Source: an uncultured Rhabdochlamydiaceae bacterium (GTDB lineage: Bacteria > Chlamydiota > Chlamydiia > Chlamydiales > Rhabdochlamydiaceae). Taken from it: a stretch of DNA of 64,000 nucleotides. Shown here one piece after another: positions 29,608 to 39,208 of the stretch (position 1 is its first letter; the number at the start of each line of letters is the position of its first letter). A program made the translations under genes and the position numbers. The notes below the pieces were generated by a model, which worked only from the letters and a program-made list of their open reading frames with translations, was not told where the DNA came from and ran no database searches. Location of the stretch: NCBI GenBank assembly GCA_963712275.1, contig CAVQHD010000001.1, positions 896,001 to 960,000 of the forward strand, read 5' to 3'.

Positions 29608-30624
29608 TTAGTATGCTTCCTCTTTTGATCTTGCTTTACTTTGAATTGCTTCGAGCAAAGCGATATCTTCGGCGTCCGCATGTAATCGCTCTTCCTGGCG
29701 CTGTTTTTGGTTAAACTTGGAATAACACTCAAGAGCCAATTGCTCTGCCACTTGGGCAGAAACCTTCCCTGCATGGTCAAGAAGATCTTTTTCATTGAAG
29801 GTAAGAAATGCATCGAGTTTCTCTTCCCATTCTCGCATGGTCATGGTTTTCCGACGTTTTGCCTGAGACTCAGCATAATCTAAATACATCACGACAATTT
29901 CATTGAGCTCTTCGAGTTCGGATTGATCGAGATAGTTTTTTGCAATGGTTACATCTTGTTGTCGAATACGAGGGGCATTCCAACTTTTAAGTCCCATCGT
30001 CGGTAGCTCAGGATTTGCTCGCTCAGAAATCAACTCGGCGGCAGTCTTGCGCGTTGTAGCCCAGAGCATTTTGTTCTGTACTTTTTTGAAAAACAACTGA
30101 GCCTCATCGCTTTTTGCATCATAATCAATAGCTGTTGCGTAAATATCTCTGACTTTCTGATAAAATCGCTTTTCCGAGGCGCGGATTTCACGAATTCTCT
30201 CTAACCACTCATCGAAATAGTCTAGTCCACCGGGCTCTTTTAAGCGGGCATCGTCCATGACGAACCCTTTGAGCAGGTATTCGTGAAGGTGAGTCGTTGC
30301 CCACTTACGGAACTGTGTGCCGCGAATTGAACGGACTCGATAGCCAATAGAGAGAATAACGGTAAGGTTGTAGAGTTTAATAGATCTCTCGATAGATCTT
30401 TTGCCCTCGTTTTGAACTAGTAAGCAATCCTTACTAGTTGACGCAGTTTTGGCTTCGCCACTATTATAAATATCTCGTACATGCATAGTTACGTTTTGCG
30501 GGGTAATCTGAAAAAGGTCAGCTATTTCCGTACGCGTTAACCAAACGGTTCCTTCTTGAGCTCTCAACCGGATAGATGTTTGTCCATCTTCAGTTGTATA
30601 GAGGATAATTTCACCGTTGGACAT
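29608..30624 (-). CDS. RhuM-family (virulence RhuM / DNA-binding) protein
   Basis: LYTTEDG..VWLT, IGYRVRSIRGTQFRKWA, DYFDEWLERIREIRASEKRFYQK, IAKNYL. Confidence 0.92.
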   Translation of the reverse strand: MSNGEIILYTTEDGQTSIRLRAQEGTVWLTRTEIADLFQITPQNVTMHVRDIYNSGEAKTASTSKDCLLVQNEGKRSIERSIKLYNLTVILSIGYRVRSIRGTQFRKWATTHLHEYLLKGFVMDDARLKEPGGLDYFDEWLERIREIRASEKRFYQKVRDIYATAIDYDAKSDEAQLFFKKVQNKMLWATTRKTAAELISERANPELPTMGLKSWNAPRIRQQDVTIAKNYLDQSELEELNEIVVMYLDYAESQAKRRKTMTMREWEEKLDAFLTFNEKDLLDHAGKVSAQVAEQLALECYSKFNQKQRQEERLHADAEDIALLEAIQSKARSKEEAY

Positions 30625-30766
30625 GACTCGCTTCCTGTAAAATTGAAAGTTTGGAAGAAATCGTAGATACAATCAAGAAACTTTTCCAATCAAAAATTCT
30701 GGATGTGTCCAACCGCTTCCGCCATTGGAACCAGTTCGAAGTTCGAGGGTGCTATGATCGGTATGC

Positions 30767-31750
30767 CTATGAAAGGCCATAGTCGCGAGGGGAAAGATTC
30801 ATATCAAGAAACTTGATAAGCAAGTGAGGGTATGCTTTGATATCTTTGCCTGTAAGGCCTAAAGCGCTTGCAGTACTGCTGTTATGCTCAACGTCGATGA
30901 GTAAGACAGTTGAGGCCTCGTCTTCTTTGTTGGGATGGATGAACTTAATTGATTTTACTTCAGCTTTATAATTCCATGGAAAACGTGCGATCTCTGGAAT
31001 AACGATCGCTCCTTTGTTAAAAATAATTTCTAAGGATGACTCATGTTGAGTGATCTGCCCACACAGTAAATCAGAAATTTGTACTTTGGGGCTGAATGTA
31101 TTGACCAGGCCCTTCAAAAAGCCTTGCACTTGCACGGGAAAATTTTCGACAGCAAAATCAGGAAGGTACCGAATTTTGAATTCTTGCTTCGAGGCGAAGG
31201 TTAATGTAAATCTTCCGCTCGTATCCAACGTGCAATTTTGAATATTGAGTGGCTTTAGGAAATAGTCGATAAAATTTATTTCCTGAGCGCCGCTTTGATG
31301 AGGAAGCTGACAAGGATAAGAAAAAGGCAGGAATATCTGTTTGAGCTTTTCAAGGGAAGATGATAAGGATTGTTGTTCTGCGTGTACTTGCTGTAGTTTT
31401 TCAGCAAGCTGCTGTTGCCCGCGCTCGGTGGAAACAAGTTCGCCTCTTTCTGAAAGAGGTGTCCCTAAAGAAGGTGTAAAAAATGCCTCGGTTTCTTCAT
31501 CTTCCTCCGTTGTAGCTGAAGAAACGGCGGGAGATGGGGTTGGTTCTTGTGGCGGAGAAGCGAAGTACCGATAAAGACGCCTTGAGCAGCAGAGGACAAA
31601 GACAAGAGCGACGGCAGAAACGACCTTAAGCGCTGTTTTGCAAGATTCTTTGGGCAAGAAGCCCCAAATTTGATTTGTTAAAAATTTTTTTGGTATAATT
31701 GGGCTGATAAACTTTATAAATTGATGAATAGCATATGTCATGCAAAACAT
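30767..31750 (-). CDS. Hypothetical protein with N-terminal TM and Pro/Ser/Glu-rich linker (candidate effector)
   Basis: Long ORF, hydrophobic VVSAVALVFVLCC segment, short coiled segment; no family recognised. Confidence 0.7.
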   Translation of the reverse strand: MFCMTYAIHQFIKFISPIIPKKFLTNQIWGFLPKESCKTALKVVSAVALVFVLCCSRRLYRYFASPPQEPTPSPAVSSATTEEDEETEAFFTPSLGTPLSERGELVSTERGQQQLAEKLQQVHAEQQSLSSSLEKLKQIFLPFSYPCQLPHQSGAQEINFIDYFLKPLNIQNCTLDTSGRFTLTFASKQEFKIRYLPDFAVENFPVQVQGFLKGLVNTFSPKVQISDLLCGQITQHESSLEIIFNKGAIVIPEIARFPWNYKAEVKSIKFIHPNKEDEASTVLLIDVEHNSSTASALGLTGKDIKAYPHLLIKFLDMNLSPRDYGLS

Positions 31751-31767
31751 TTTAGCAGAACTAAAGT

Positions 31768-32568
31768 TTAATACGCATACTCTGGGTTTTCAGCGCGGCA
31801 ATAACGTTTATTTTTGTGAAGGTGATCCAATTGCGACATCTCTTCCTCTGATAGGGAAAAGTCGAAAATCTCTAAATTATCTCTTAAATGCCCTTCTGAA
31901 GAAGCTTTTGGAATGACTGAAATTTTTTTTTGAATCAACCATCGTAAAATGATCTGAGCGCCCGATTTATGATGTTTATTCCCAATAAGATTGAATAAGG
32001 GTTCCTGAGCAAGTAATTTCCCTTTGCCAAAAGGCCTAAATGCGATCAACTTGATTTGATGGGCAGAGCAGTAATCCAAGAGCTCTTTTTGATTCAAATA
32101 GGGATGAAATTCTACTTGGTTGGCAAAAGGGGCGCAACCTGCTTTGCGAAGATCTTCTAGATGGTGGATGTTATAATTACTCACTCCAGCTCGATGGATT
32201 TTCCCTTGGTCGGCCAACCTTTCCATCGCGATAAATATTTTTTCCAGAGGAAATTTTCGATCAGGTGCATGGATCAGATAGAGATCTAAGTAATCTGTTC
32301 CGAGCTCCTTGAGAGCTTGTTCACAAGCCTTTTGTACCGATTTCTCTACTGCTTTTGGATCAACCTGTTCATCAACAGCAATCTTAGATGTAAGGTAGAG
32401 CTTTTTCCGATCAAACTCTTTGATCGCTTCTCGAATAGCCCGATGATTCTGATATACATGGGCTGTATCGATATGTGTATAGCCCAATTCTAACGCTAAT
32501 TGCACAACCTTTGTGCACTCATTTCCTCGCAAATCCCAAGTTCCTAATCCAATGTGGGGCAGTTCCAT
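31768..32568 (-). CDS. Aldo/keto reductase
   Basis: IGLGTW, HIDTAHVYQN, DYLDLYLIH, GVSNY, NQVEFHPY, IPKAS. Confidence 0.95.
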   Translation of the reverse strand: MELPHIGLGTWDLRGNECTKVVQLALELGYTHIDTAHVYQNHRAIREAIKEFDRKKLYLTSKIAVDEQVDPKAVEKSVQKACEQALKELGTDYLDLYLIHAPDRKFPLEKIFIAMERLADQGKIHRAGVSNYNIHHLEDLRKAGCAPFANQVEFHPYLNQKELLDYCSAHQIKLIAFRPFGKGKLLAQEPLFNLIGNKHHKSGAQIILRWLIQKKISVIPKASSEGHLRDNLEIFDFSLSEEEMSQLDHLHKNKRYCRAENPEYAY

Positions 32569-32590
32569 CTTCCTCCAAGCTTAGAATATT

Positions 32591-33955
32591 TCAACGTTTT
32601 GCTCTTCGACGGTATCTCAAATTTCGAGTCTTTCCAACCCGTTCAACCAATCGTTTTTCAATGAGAGAATTAAGCCATCTTTGTGCCGTTGCGCGAGAAA
32701 TAGAAAATTTATTGACGACATCTTGCGTGGTGATCTCACTTTGTGAATAGAATAGAGCTAAAACATTCTCTTCAGTTTGATCCTTTGCCGAGCTTAACTG
32801 AGAAGAGCCTCTTGGCAAGATGCATTTTACAAAATTTGCCCCTTCAATAATTTGAGGTTTTTCAAGTCCCCAAGCTTCATAACTTTTAAAGATATTAATG
32901 AATCCAGTTCCCATTTTTTCTACGAGACCCATTTCCCGAAAAATTTTGCATATAGCTGGATTGCGCAGGTATGTCAGCCCCATTAATAATTGATCTTGTT
33001 CAATAGGACCCGAAAAACCGCCCGGACTAAATAACTCCAAACGGTCATCGTATATAGAAATTTTGGAAGGAGCCTTGATATGATAATTTCGGTGAACCAG
33101 TAAATTGATCAACGCCTCTCTAAATGCAACCTCAGGAATTTCCAATTTTTCATCTCTTATAACCCCTGAAATTGAAAATGACTTTGAAAGACGACTGAGA
33201 ACAAAATGATGAGCTTGCTGAAATTGGTTTAAAAGGGTTCCTTCACAATCGATTGAAGCAATAGCATCTCTGCCTTCGATGCCTCGGAAATGACTCACAA
33301 TGATCATGGCTTCTGAAAGAAAAAGCTGGGGGGATTTTCCAAAATTTAACAGACCTGCATAAGTGGGAAAGAGTTTGGAATGTTCCTCAACAACCAAAGA
33401 ATAGGAACGCAGGACGTCTTGTGTCACTTTTGCAGATGCTTGATTCTTTCTATGATCAAGAAAATTTTGGACTAATTGGCTGTCTAGAGTGTCAAGTGAT
33501 GCGTTATAAACTGGAAGTGTTTCAAAATCTATTCTGTGTGATTGCCATTTGAGCTCTTCAATCATAGCAGGAGTAGCATGTACAGTGCTTCGCCCTATGC
33601 GAATATAGGTTCCTTTTTCTAGGCCTTCAGATTTTCTAAAATAGGGTTTGCTCATTCCCGATGATACGGCGATAATTAATACAGTCTTATCCCCGAACAC
33701 TTGGGTGGATATTAAAGGAATAATAGGTGGATAACAGGCCTCATAAATAGAATGGTCTAATGATTCAAGAAGTTTGTTTATTTGATCTTCAGGAAGTCCT
33801 AGTATTGCCCGGTCATCATCGACGCCGAGTATCAGTCTTCCGCCCTTTTGGTTGCAAAAACCGATGATTGTTTTAATGATTTGCTCATTTTTGGGAACTT
33901 CTCTTTTAAATTCCAACAAAACGGACTCTGATTCTGGGTAACGAAATAAGCTCAT
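32591..33955 (-). CDS. AlbA_2 (Schlafen-like) + HATPase_c_4/RecG-C-like + C-terminal HTH protein
   Basis: ESVLLEFKRE..IGFCNQKGGRLILGVDD; AFREALINLLVHRNY; LRNPAI..LVEKMGTG; winged-HTH C-terminus. Confidence 0.88.
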   Translation of the reverse strand: MSLFRYPESESVLLEFKREVPKNEQIIKTIIGFCNQKGGRLILGVDDDRAILGLPEDQINKLLESLDHSIYEACYPPIIPLISTQVFGDKTVLIIAVSSGMSKPYFRKSEGLEKGTYIRIGRSTVHATPAMIEELKWQSHRIDFETLPVYNASLDTLDSQLVQNFLDHRKNQASAKVTQDVLRSYSLVVEEHSKLFPTYAGLLNFGKSPQLFLSEAMIIVSHFRGIEGRDAIASIDCEGTLLNQFQQAHHFVLSRLSKSFSISGVIRDEKLEIPEVAFREALINLLVHRNYHIKAPSKISIYDDRLELFSPGGFSGPIEQDQLLMGLTYLRNPAICKIFREMGLVEKMGTGFINIFKSYEAWGLEKPQIIEGANFVKCILPRGSSQLSSAKDQTEENVLALFYSQSEITTQDVVNKFSISRATAQRWLNSLIEKRLVERVGKTRNLRYRRRAKR

Positions 33956-33970
33956 AGTCCTTCCTCTTTA

Positions 33971-34050
33971 GCCTCATTATGCCTCAAATGAGGCGAATGA
34001 GGCAAATAAAATGCGAAATTTAGATGTTTTTTGCCTCATTCGCCTCATTT
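33971..34050. promoter_or_regulatory. Repeated GCCTCA operator-like array between the divergent AlbA_2-HTH gene and ffh
   Basis: Six GCCTCA/TGAGGC hexamers, including a perfect 21-bp inverted repeat 33986-34006/34030-34050. Confidence 0.55.
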
Positions 34051-34126
34051 TTGGAGTTCTTCTCTTCAGCGCTCAAACTCCGGTTGAATCTGAACAGCTT
34101 TTGTTATACAATGACCGCCTTACGAT

Positions 34127-35464
34127 ATGTTTGGAACATTAACAGAAAAATTTAGAAATTTAGCCTCCCGCTTAGCTGGTCAAAAAACGGTTTCCGAAGC
34201 CAACATTTCGGAGGCGGTGAGCCAGGTTCGTTTGGCGCTGCTCGATGCCGATGTCAATTTCACCGTTGCAGGGCAATTTGTCAAGCGGGTGAAAGAAAAA
34301 GCGCTGGGGGAGAAAGTGTTAAAGGCTGTCTCTCCAGGAGAGCAATTTATTCAAATTGTTCATGATGAGTTGATCGCTTTGATGGGGACACAGGAAGCCC
34401 CCCTTAACATGTCGGGATCGCCAATGGTCTTGATGTTGTGCGGATTGCAAGGTTCTGGAAAGACGACAACGGCGGCAAAGCTGGCCCATTTTTTACAGAA
34501 AAAACCTTACCTTAAAAAGGTACTTGTTGCTGCCTGTGACTTACAAAGGCCTGCGGCAATCCAGCAACTTCAGACACTATGCTCATCGATTGAAGTGCCC
34601 TTATTTACAATTGCAGGAGAGCAAGACCCTATTGTGGTTGCGCGAGAAGCTTTAAAAGAGGCTAGAGTTAAGCAATTTGACGTTTTGATCATCGACACTG
34701 CAGGGCGGCTTCATATTGATGAAGAACTGATGGATCAGCTGCGCCGCATTAAAGAAGAGACCCAGCCTCACGAAATTTTATTTGTCGCAAGTGCTCATGC
34801 GGGACAAGACGCGGCGATCACTGCCCAAACCTTTGATCGGCAGATGTCGATCACAGGCACAATTCTCACGATGCTCGATGGAACCTCGCGGGCAGGAGCT
34901 GCGATTTCCATTCGAGAAGTGACGCAAAAGCCGTTAAAATTTGAAGGGATTGGGGAGAAGGTTGGAGATTTTCAGCCGTTTAATCCTAGGTCCATGACAG
35001 ACCGAATCTTAGGAATGGGCGACATTGTTAACCTTGTCCGCTTGGCTAAAGAAGAGTTTAATGAAAATCAGAGCGAGGCGCTTGAAAAAAAGCTTCTGAA
35101 AGCAGCCTTTACCTATGACGACTACCTCAGCCAGATGGGGGCGATGAAGAGAATGGGGCCTCTAAAAGGGCTACTTCAAATGCTTCCGGGCGCTTCCCAG
35201 CTTCCAAACCTTGATCAATCTGAGGACGAATTTAAGAAAATAGAGGCGATGATTTTATCGATGACTCCACTGGAGAGGCTGGAAAAGGTGGAACTCCTCC
35301 CTTCCAGACGGTGGCGCATTGCTAAAGGAAGCGGAAGATCGGTAGATGATGTGAATCGACTTGTTAAACGGTTTAGGGAGATGAGGGATTTGATCAAAAG
35401 GCTTCCGAAAAAGGGTTTACAAAATCCCGCCTCTCTGAAAAACTTTAGCGATCTTTTTAAATAA
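34127..35464 (+). CDS. ffh: Signal recognition particle protein
   Basis: GLQGSGKTTT, DLQRPAA, DTAGRL, RILGMGD, SMTP.ER M-domain. Confidence 0.97.
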   Translation: MFGTLTEKFRNLASRLAGQKTVSEANISEAVSQVRLALLDADVNFTVAGQFVKRVKEKALGEKVLKAVSPGEQFIQIVHDELIALMGTQEAPLNMSGSPMVLMLCGLQGSGKTTTAAKLAHFLQKKPYLKKVLVAACDLQRPAAIQQLQTLCSSIEVPLFTIAGEQDPIVVAREALKEARVKQFDVLIIDTAGRLHIDEELMDQLRRIKEETQPHEILFVASAHAGQDAAITAQTFDRQMSITGTILTMLDGTSRAGAAISIREVTQKPLKFEGIGEKVGDFQPFNPRSMTDRILGMGDIVNLVRLAKEEFNENQSEALEKKLLKAAFTYDDYLSQMGAMKRMGPLKGLLQMLPGASQLPNLDQSEDEFKKIEAMILSMTPLERLEKVELLPSRRWRIAKGSGRSVDDVNRLVKRFREMRDLIKRLPKKGLQNPASLKNFSDLFK

Positions 35465-35501
35465 GAGGTAGTTTTGTGAGCTCCCTCAACAAGGAGAAAA
35501 T

Positions 35502-35855
35502 ATGGCAGTAAAAATTCGAATGCGGCAGCAAGGCCGTAAAAACAGGCAGACATTTCGCCTCGTGGTGACCGATATCCGAAATCCTCGTGATGGAAATTAT
35601 GTCGAAACATTGGGATCTTATGACCCCCATCGAAAGCAAAATAATCTCACCGTCAACGCAGCTCGTCTGGGTTATTGGCTGAGTCAAGGGGCTGAACTTT
35701 CTGCAAGCGCTGAAAAATTAGTGAAGGGAGTTGCCCCTGAGGTGATTCAAGAGCTTCAAACGAAGAGGAATGCAGCCCGACTTAAACAAGCGGCTATCCG
35801 ACGTCGAAAAAAAGCTCCAGCTGCAAAAAAGGTGCAATCAAAGGATGAAAGTTGA
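35502..35855 (+). CDS. rpsP: 30S ribosomal protein S16
   Basis: MAVKIRM..G......RLVVTD.RNPRDG..VE.LG.YDP. Confidence 0.97.
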   Translation: MAVKIRMRQQGRKNRQTFRLVVTDIRNPRDGNYVETLGSYDPHRKQNNLTVNAARLGYWLSQGAELSASAEKLVKGVAPEVIQELQTKRNAARLKQAAIRRRKKAPAAKKVQSKDES

Positions 35856-36504
35856 TATCCTCTCTCTTTTTCCAGAGTATTTTCGGGGACCTTTTAGTGT
35901 CAGTATTTTAAAAAAGGCTCAGGAAAAAGGGCTTTTAGAGATTCAGTTGATCGATATCCGCCGCTTTGCAAAGGGGAAGCATGCGAAGGTCGATGACCGT
36001 CCTTATGGAGGAGGCCCTGGGATGGTGCTCATGGCAGAGCCTGTTTGCGAGGCGATCCGCAGCGTGAAGCGAGAAGGAAGCTATGTGATGTACCTTTCTC
36101 CGCAAGGAGAAAAGCTCAGTTCGAAAAAATGCCAAGAGCTCGCAAAGGTGGACCACCTGATTTTACTCTGCGGCCACTATGAAGGGGTAGATGAAAGAAT
36201 CCTTCAAACAGGGCTGGTCGATGCAGAGCTGAGCATTGGAGATTATGTGCTCACGAATGGAGGGCTGGCAGCAATTGTAGTAGTGGATGCTACCGCTCGA
36301 TTTATTCCCGGTGTGTTAGGGCATGAAGAGTCGGCCTGGCAAGAGTCATTTCAAGGAGAGACATTTGATGCGCCTCACTACACAAGGCCTAAAGTCTTTG
36401 AAGGGCTCGAAGTTCCCGAGGTATTGCAAACGGGGGACCACGCAAAAATTGCCGAGTGGAGAAAAGCAGAAGGGCAAAAAAAGTTTAAGGAGTCTAGAAT
36501 ATGA
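35845..36504 (+). CDS. trmD: tRNA (guanine37-N1)-methyltransferase
   Basis: [44 protein letters not shown]. Confidence 0.97.
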   Translation: MKVDILSLFPEYFRGPFSVSILKKAQEKGLLEIQLIDIRRFAKGKHAKVDDRPYGGGPGMVLMAEPVCEAIRSVKREGSYVMYLSPQGEKLSSKKCQELAKVDHLILLCGHYEGVDERILQTGLVDAELSIGDYVLTNGGLAAIVVVDATARFIPGVLGHEESAWQESFQGETFDAPHYTRPKVFEGLEVPEVLQTGDHAKIAEWRKAEGQKKFKESRI

Positions 36505-36902
36505 AACAGAATAAAGTGATTCAGGAGCTTGGGAAAGAATTTCTCAAAAAAGACCTTCCCTCCTTCCGCATTGGAGATACCCTTTGCGTTCATACTCGCA
36601 TTGTTGAAGGGGAAAAAGAGCGGATTCAAATGTTCACGGGAACCGTGATTGCTCGGCGCGGAAGTGGTCTTTCCGAAACCATTGCTCTTTACAGGGTTTC
36701 CTACCAAACAGGGATGGAGAGGGTTTTTCTTCTTCATAGCCCTCGGATCACAAAAATTGAAGTTGTCAAGAGTGGAAAAGTTCGTCGGAGCAAGCTCTAC
36801 AACCTTCGAGGAGCAACAGGTAAGGCTGCCAAAGTAGAAGAACAAATTGGCTCTGGGGTCGAACATGAGGGCAGCAAAGACGCTGAAGCTTCCACGAGCT
36901 AA
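36501..36902 (+). CDS. rplS: 50S ribosomal protein L19
   Basis: [34 protein letters not shown]. Confidence 0.97.
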   Translation: MKQNKVIQELGKEFLKKDLPSFRIGDTLCVHTRIVEGEKERIQMFTGTVIARRGSGLSETIALYRVSYQTGMERVFLLHSPRITKIEVVKSGKVRRSKLYNLRGATGKAAKVEEQIGSGVEHEGSKDAEASTS

Positions 36903-37533
36903 ACGGAAGCGGTTTCTTGAAATTACCCGCTTTGAAGAGGCGGCACGGGTTCAAGGATATTCAAGCATCGCAGGTGTGGATGAAGCAGGGCGCGGGCCGC
37001 TCGCAGGTCCTGTTGTTGCAGCGGCCTGCATTCTTCCCGAAGATTTTTTTCTTCCTGAGATCGATGATAGCAAGCAGCTGACCCCCGAGGAGCGCAAGAA
37101 ATTCTATCAGACTCTGATGGCATCTCCAGGAGTGGCTTACGGAATCGGGATTGTTGAAGCCTTTATCATCGATCAAATCAACATTCTGCAGGCGACTCTG
37201 CAAGCGATGGCAGCTGCCATCCTGCAGTTAAGAAAGCAGCCCGATTTTGTTCTTGTGGATGGTAATCGTGCGCCCGTGGTTTCGATGCCATGCCAGCCCC
37301 TCGTCCATGGGGATCGTTTATCTCAATCGATTATGGCCGCTGCGATTATCGCAAAAGTTACGCGTGATGGACAAATGGTGGAATACCATCAAAAGTGGCC
37401 CGAGTACGGCTTTGCTTCTCATAAGGGGTATCCGACGCCTGAGCATCTGGCTGCCCTCGATAAATGGGGCGCTTGTCCCATTCATAGGCGGTCGTACGAA
37501 CCTGTAAGGAAGCAAATATGCGAAGAAGTATGA
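36865..37533 (+). CDS. rnhB: Ribonuclease HII (start codon uncertain)
   Basis: AGVDEAGRGPLAGPV, DDSKQL, LVDGN, AKVTRD, HKGYPT. Confidence 0.95.
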   Translation: MRAAKTLKLPRAKRKRFLEITRFEEAARVQGYSSIAGVDEAGRGPLAGPVVAAACILPEDFFLPEIDDSKQLTPEERKKFYQTLMASPGVAYGIGIVEAFIIDQINILQATLQAMAAAILQLRKQPDFVLVDGNRAPVVSMPCQPLVHGDRLSQSIMAAAIIAKVTRDGQMVEYHQKWPEYGFASHKGYPTPEHLAALDKWGACPIHRRSYEPVRKQICEEV

Positions 37534-38372
37534 CAGCTTATGGACGCGCTGTTTTGCAAACAGAGCGGCGTCAATGGACGGTTGAAATCTCCTCCGTGAA
37601 TCGAAAGGGGCTTGATCTTCACCTCCAATTGTCTCCCTCTTTGCTCTTTTTCGATCCGATTTTGAGAAAATGGATTGGCCAGGAAACAGAGAGAGGGAAC
37701 ATCACCGTTCGAGTGACATGCGAGCTTAAGGAGATGTCTCACTTGATTGAGCAGCTCAAGACTCAGAAAAAGAAATGGGAAAAGATTGCCCTAGAGATCG
37801 GCTCCCCTCAAGCGGAAATCACTCTCTCGTTTCTTCTAGCGCAGACCCCTCCCCAGGAAGCCGTGGTGGATAAAGCCTCTCTTGAGTGGGAATTAGGACA
37901 GGTTTGGAAAAAAGGGTTCGAGGCGTGGATGGTTATGAAACACCAGGAAGGGCGTCTTCTTGTGCAAGAGATTCAAAAAAGAATTAAGATAATTCAAAAA
38001 GAGATGAAGGAGATCGAAAAGGAGCTCCCAGCTCTCACCAAAAAACATCTTGTAAAGTTGTCCGAGCGCATGAAAGAATTGGAGCTTACGCTTACTCCAG
38101 AAGAGCTCCTGAAAGAGGCAGCCCTTCAAGCCAATAAGTGCGACATTACAGAAGAGATTGTTCGTCTTCAATCCCATATCCAGCAAATGGTGCTTTATCT
38201 AAAATCTCCAGAGAAAAGCGTCGGAAGAACACTCGATTTTCTCGCCCAAGAGATGGGACGTGAAATCGGAACCTTGATGGCGAAGGCAAGTGGTTCTAAG
38301 ATTGCACAAAAAGCCGTGCAGATTAAGAGCGAAATTGAAAAGATTCGGGAACAGGTGCAAAACATTGAGTAA
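37518..38372 (+). CDS. yicC: YicC/YloC-family endoribonuclease
   Basis: RSMTAYG, SVNRK.LD, DITEEIVRLQSH, GRTLDFLAQEMGRE, EKIREQVQNIE. Confidence 0.92.
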   Translation: MRRSMTAYGRAVLQTERRQWTVEISSVNRKGLDLHLQLSPSLLFFDPILRKWIGQETERGNITVRVTCELKEMSHLIEQLKTQKKKWEKIALEIGSPQAEITLSFLLAQTPPQEAVVDKASLEWELGQVWKKGFEAWMVMKHQEGRLLVQEIQKRIKIIQKEMKEIEKELPALTKKHLVKLSERMKELELTLTPEELLKEAALQANKCDITEEIVRLQSHIQQMVLYLKSPEKSVGRTLDFLAQEMGREIGTLMAKASGSKIAQKAVQIKSEIEKIREQVQNIE

Positions 38373-38955
38373 AAAATTATTAGGCAATTTTTCGAGGGGG
38401 CTTCTATTTGTCCTCAGCGCTCCTGCGGGAACAGGCAAGACAACGCTAGTGCAGCAGCTCACACAGGAATTTCCATCTGTCATTCGGAGTGTCTCTTGCA
38501 CGACCCGAAAACCTCGGCCTGATGAAAAAGAAGGTGTTGATTATTTTTTTTTAACGGAAGAGGCTTTTCAGGCAAAACTTAAAAGTGGTGATTTTCTAGA
38601 GCATGCGGAGGTCTTTGGGGCTCTCTATGGAACCTCCCGCTTGTTTATTGAGACCGCTCAGAAGAGTGGAAAGCATGTCATTCTGGTCATTGACACTCAA
38701 GGAGCCCTGCAGATTAAAAAAATAATTGAAGCCACATTTATTTTTATTTCACCCCCTAACTTAGAGGAGCTCAAAAAAAGATTGCTTCGCCGCCGTACGG
38801 AACCGCTGGAAATGATTGAACAACGGCTCGCTTGGGCAGAGAGAGAGCTTGAGATGATCTCTCATTACGATTATCATGTTATCAACGATGATTTATCGGT
38901 TGCTTATACCGCTTTAAAAAGTATTTTAATCGCTGAAGAACACCGCATTCGGTAA
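38365..38955 (+). CDS. gmk: Guanylate kinase
   Basis: LSAPAGTGKTT, SCTTRKPR..E.EGVDYFF, YGT, IDTQGA. Confidence 0.96.
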   Translation: MSKKLLGNFSRGLLFVLSAPAGTGKTTLVQQLTQEFPSVIRSVSCTTRKPRPDEKEGVDYFFLTEEAFQAKLKSGDFLEHAEVFGALYGTSRLFIETAQKSGKHVILVIDTQGALQIKKIIEATFIFISPPNLEELKKRLLRRRTEPLEMIEQRLAWAERELEMISHYDYHVINDDLSVAYTALKSILIAEEHRIR

Positions 38956-38974
38956 AAAGCCTCTAAGGAGATGT

Positions 38975-39196
38975 ATGTTACAAAAAAATCAACTCACCAA
39001 TGAAGCTTTAAAAAAGCATTTTCATGACAACTTCGAGCTTGCTCAGTTTGCAATCAATGTTGCTCGTTACTTGATTAGGGCGGGGCATGAGGTCGACGTT
39101 CCTTATCTGCTCAAAGAGATTCAGCGGAATCCCTCTCTCTATACCCCTGAGAGTTTAGCTCTTCTCGAAAGCGCAAATGAAGAAGAGGCGCCTTAA
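38975..39196 (+). CDS. rpoZ: Probable chlamydial RNA polymerase omega subunit
   Basis: Small gene between gmk and metG; LTNE.L.K.F...F.L motif resembles the C. trachomatis CT031-type omega subunit; gmk-rpoZ linkage is widespread. Confidence 0.7.
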   Translation: MLQKNQLTNEALKKHFHDNFELAQFAINVARYLIRAGHEVDVPYLLKEIQRNPSLYTPESLALLESANEEEAP

Positions 39197-39208
39197 ACAG
39201 TTTCTAAT

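Noticed and set aside
30706..30750. Possible att repeat of tRNA-Ser (CCAACCGCTTCCGCCA, GTTCGAA)
   Set aside because: The match to the tRNA-Ser 3' end is too short and mismatched to distinguish from chance.
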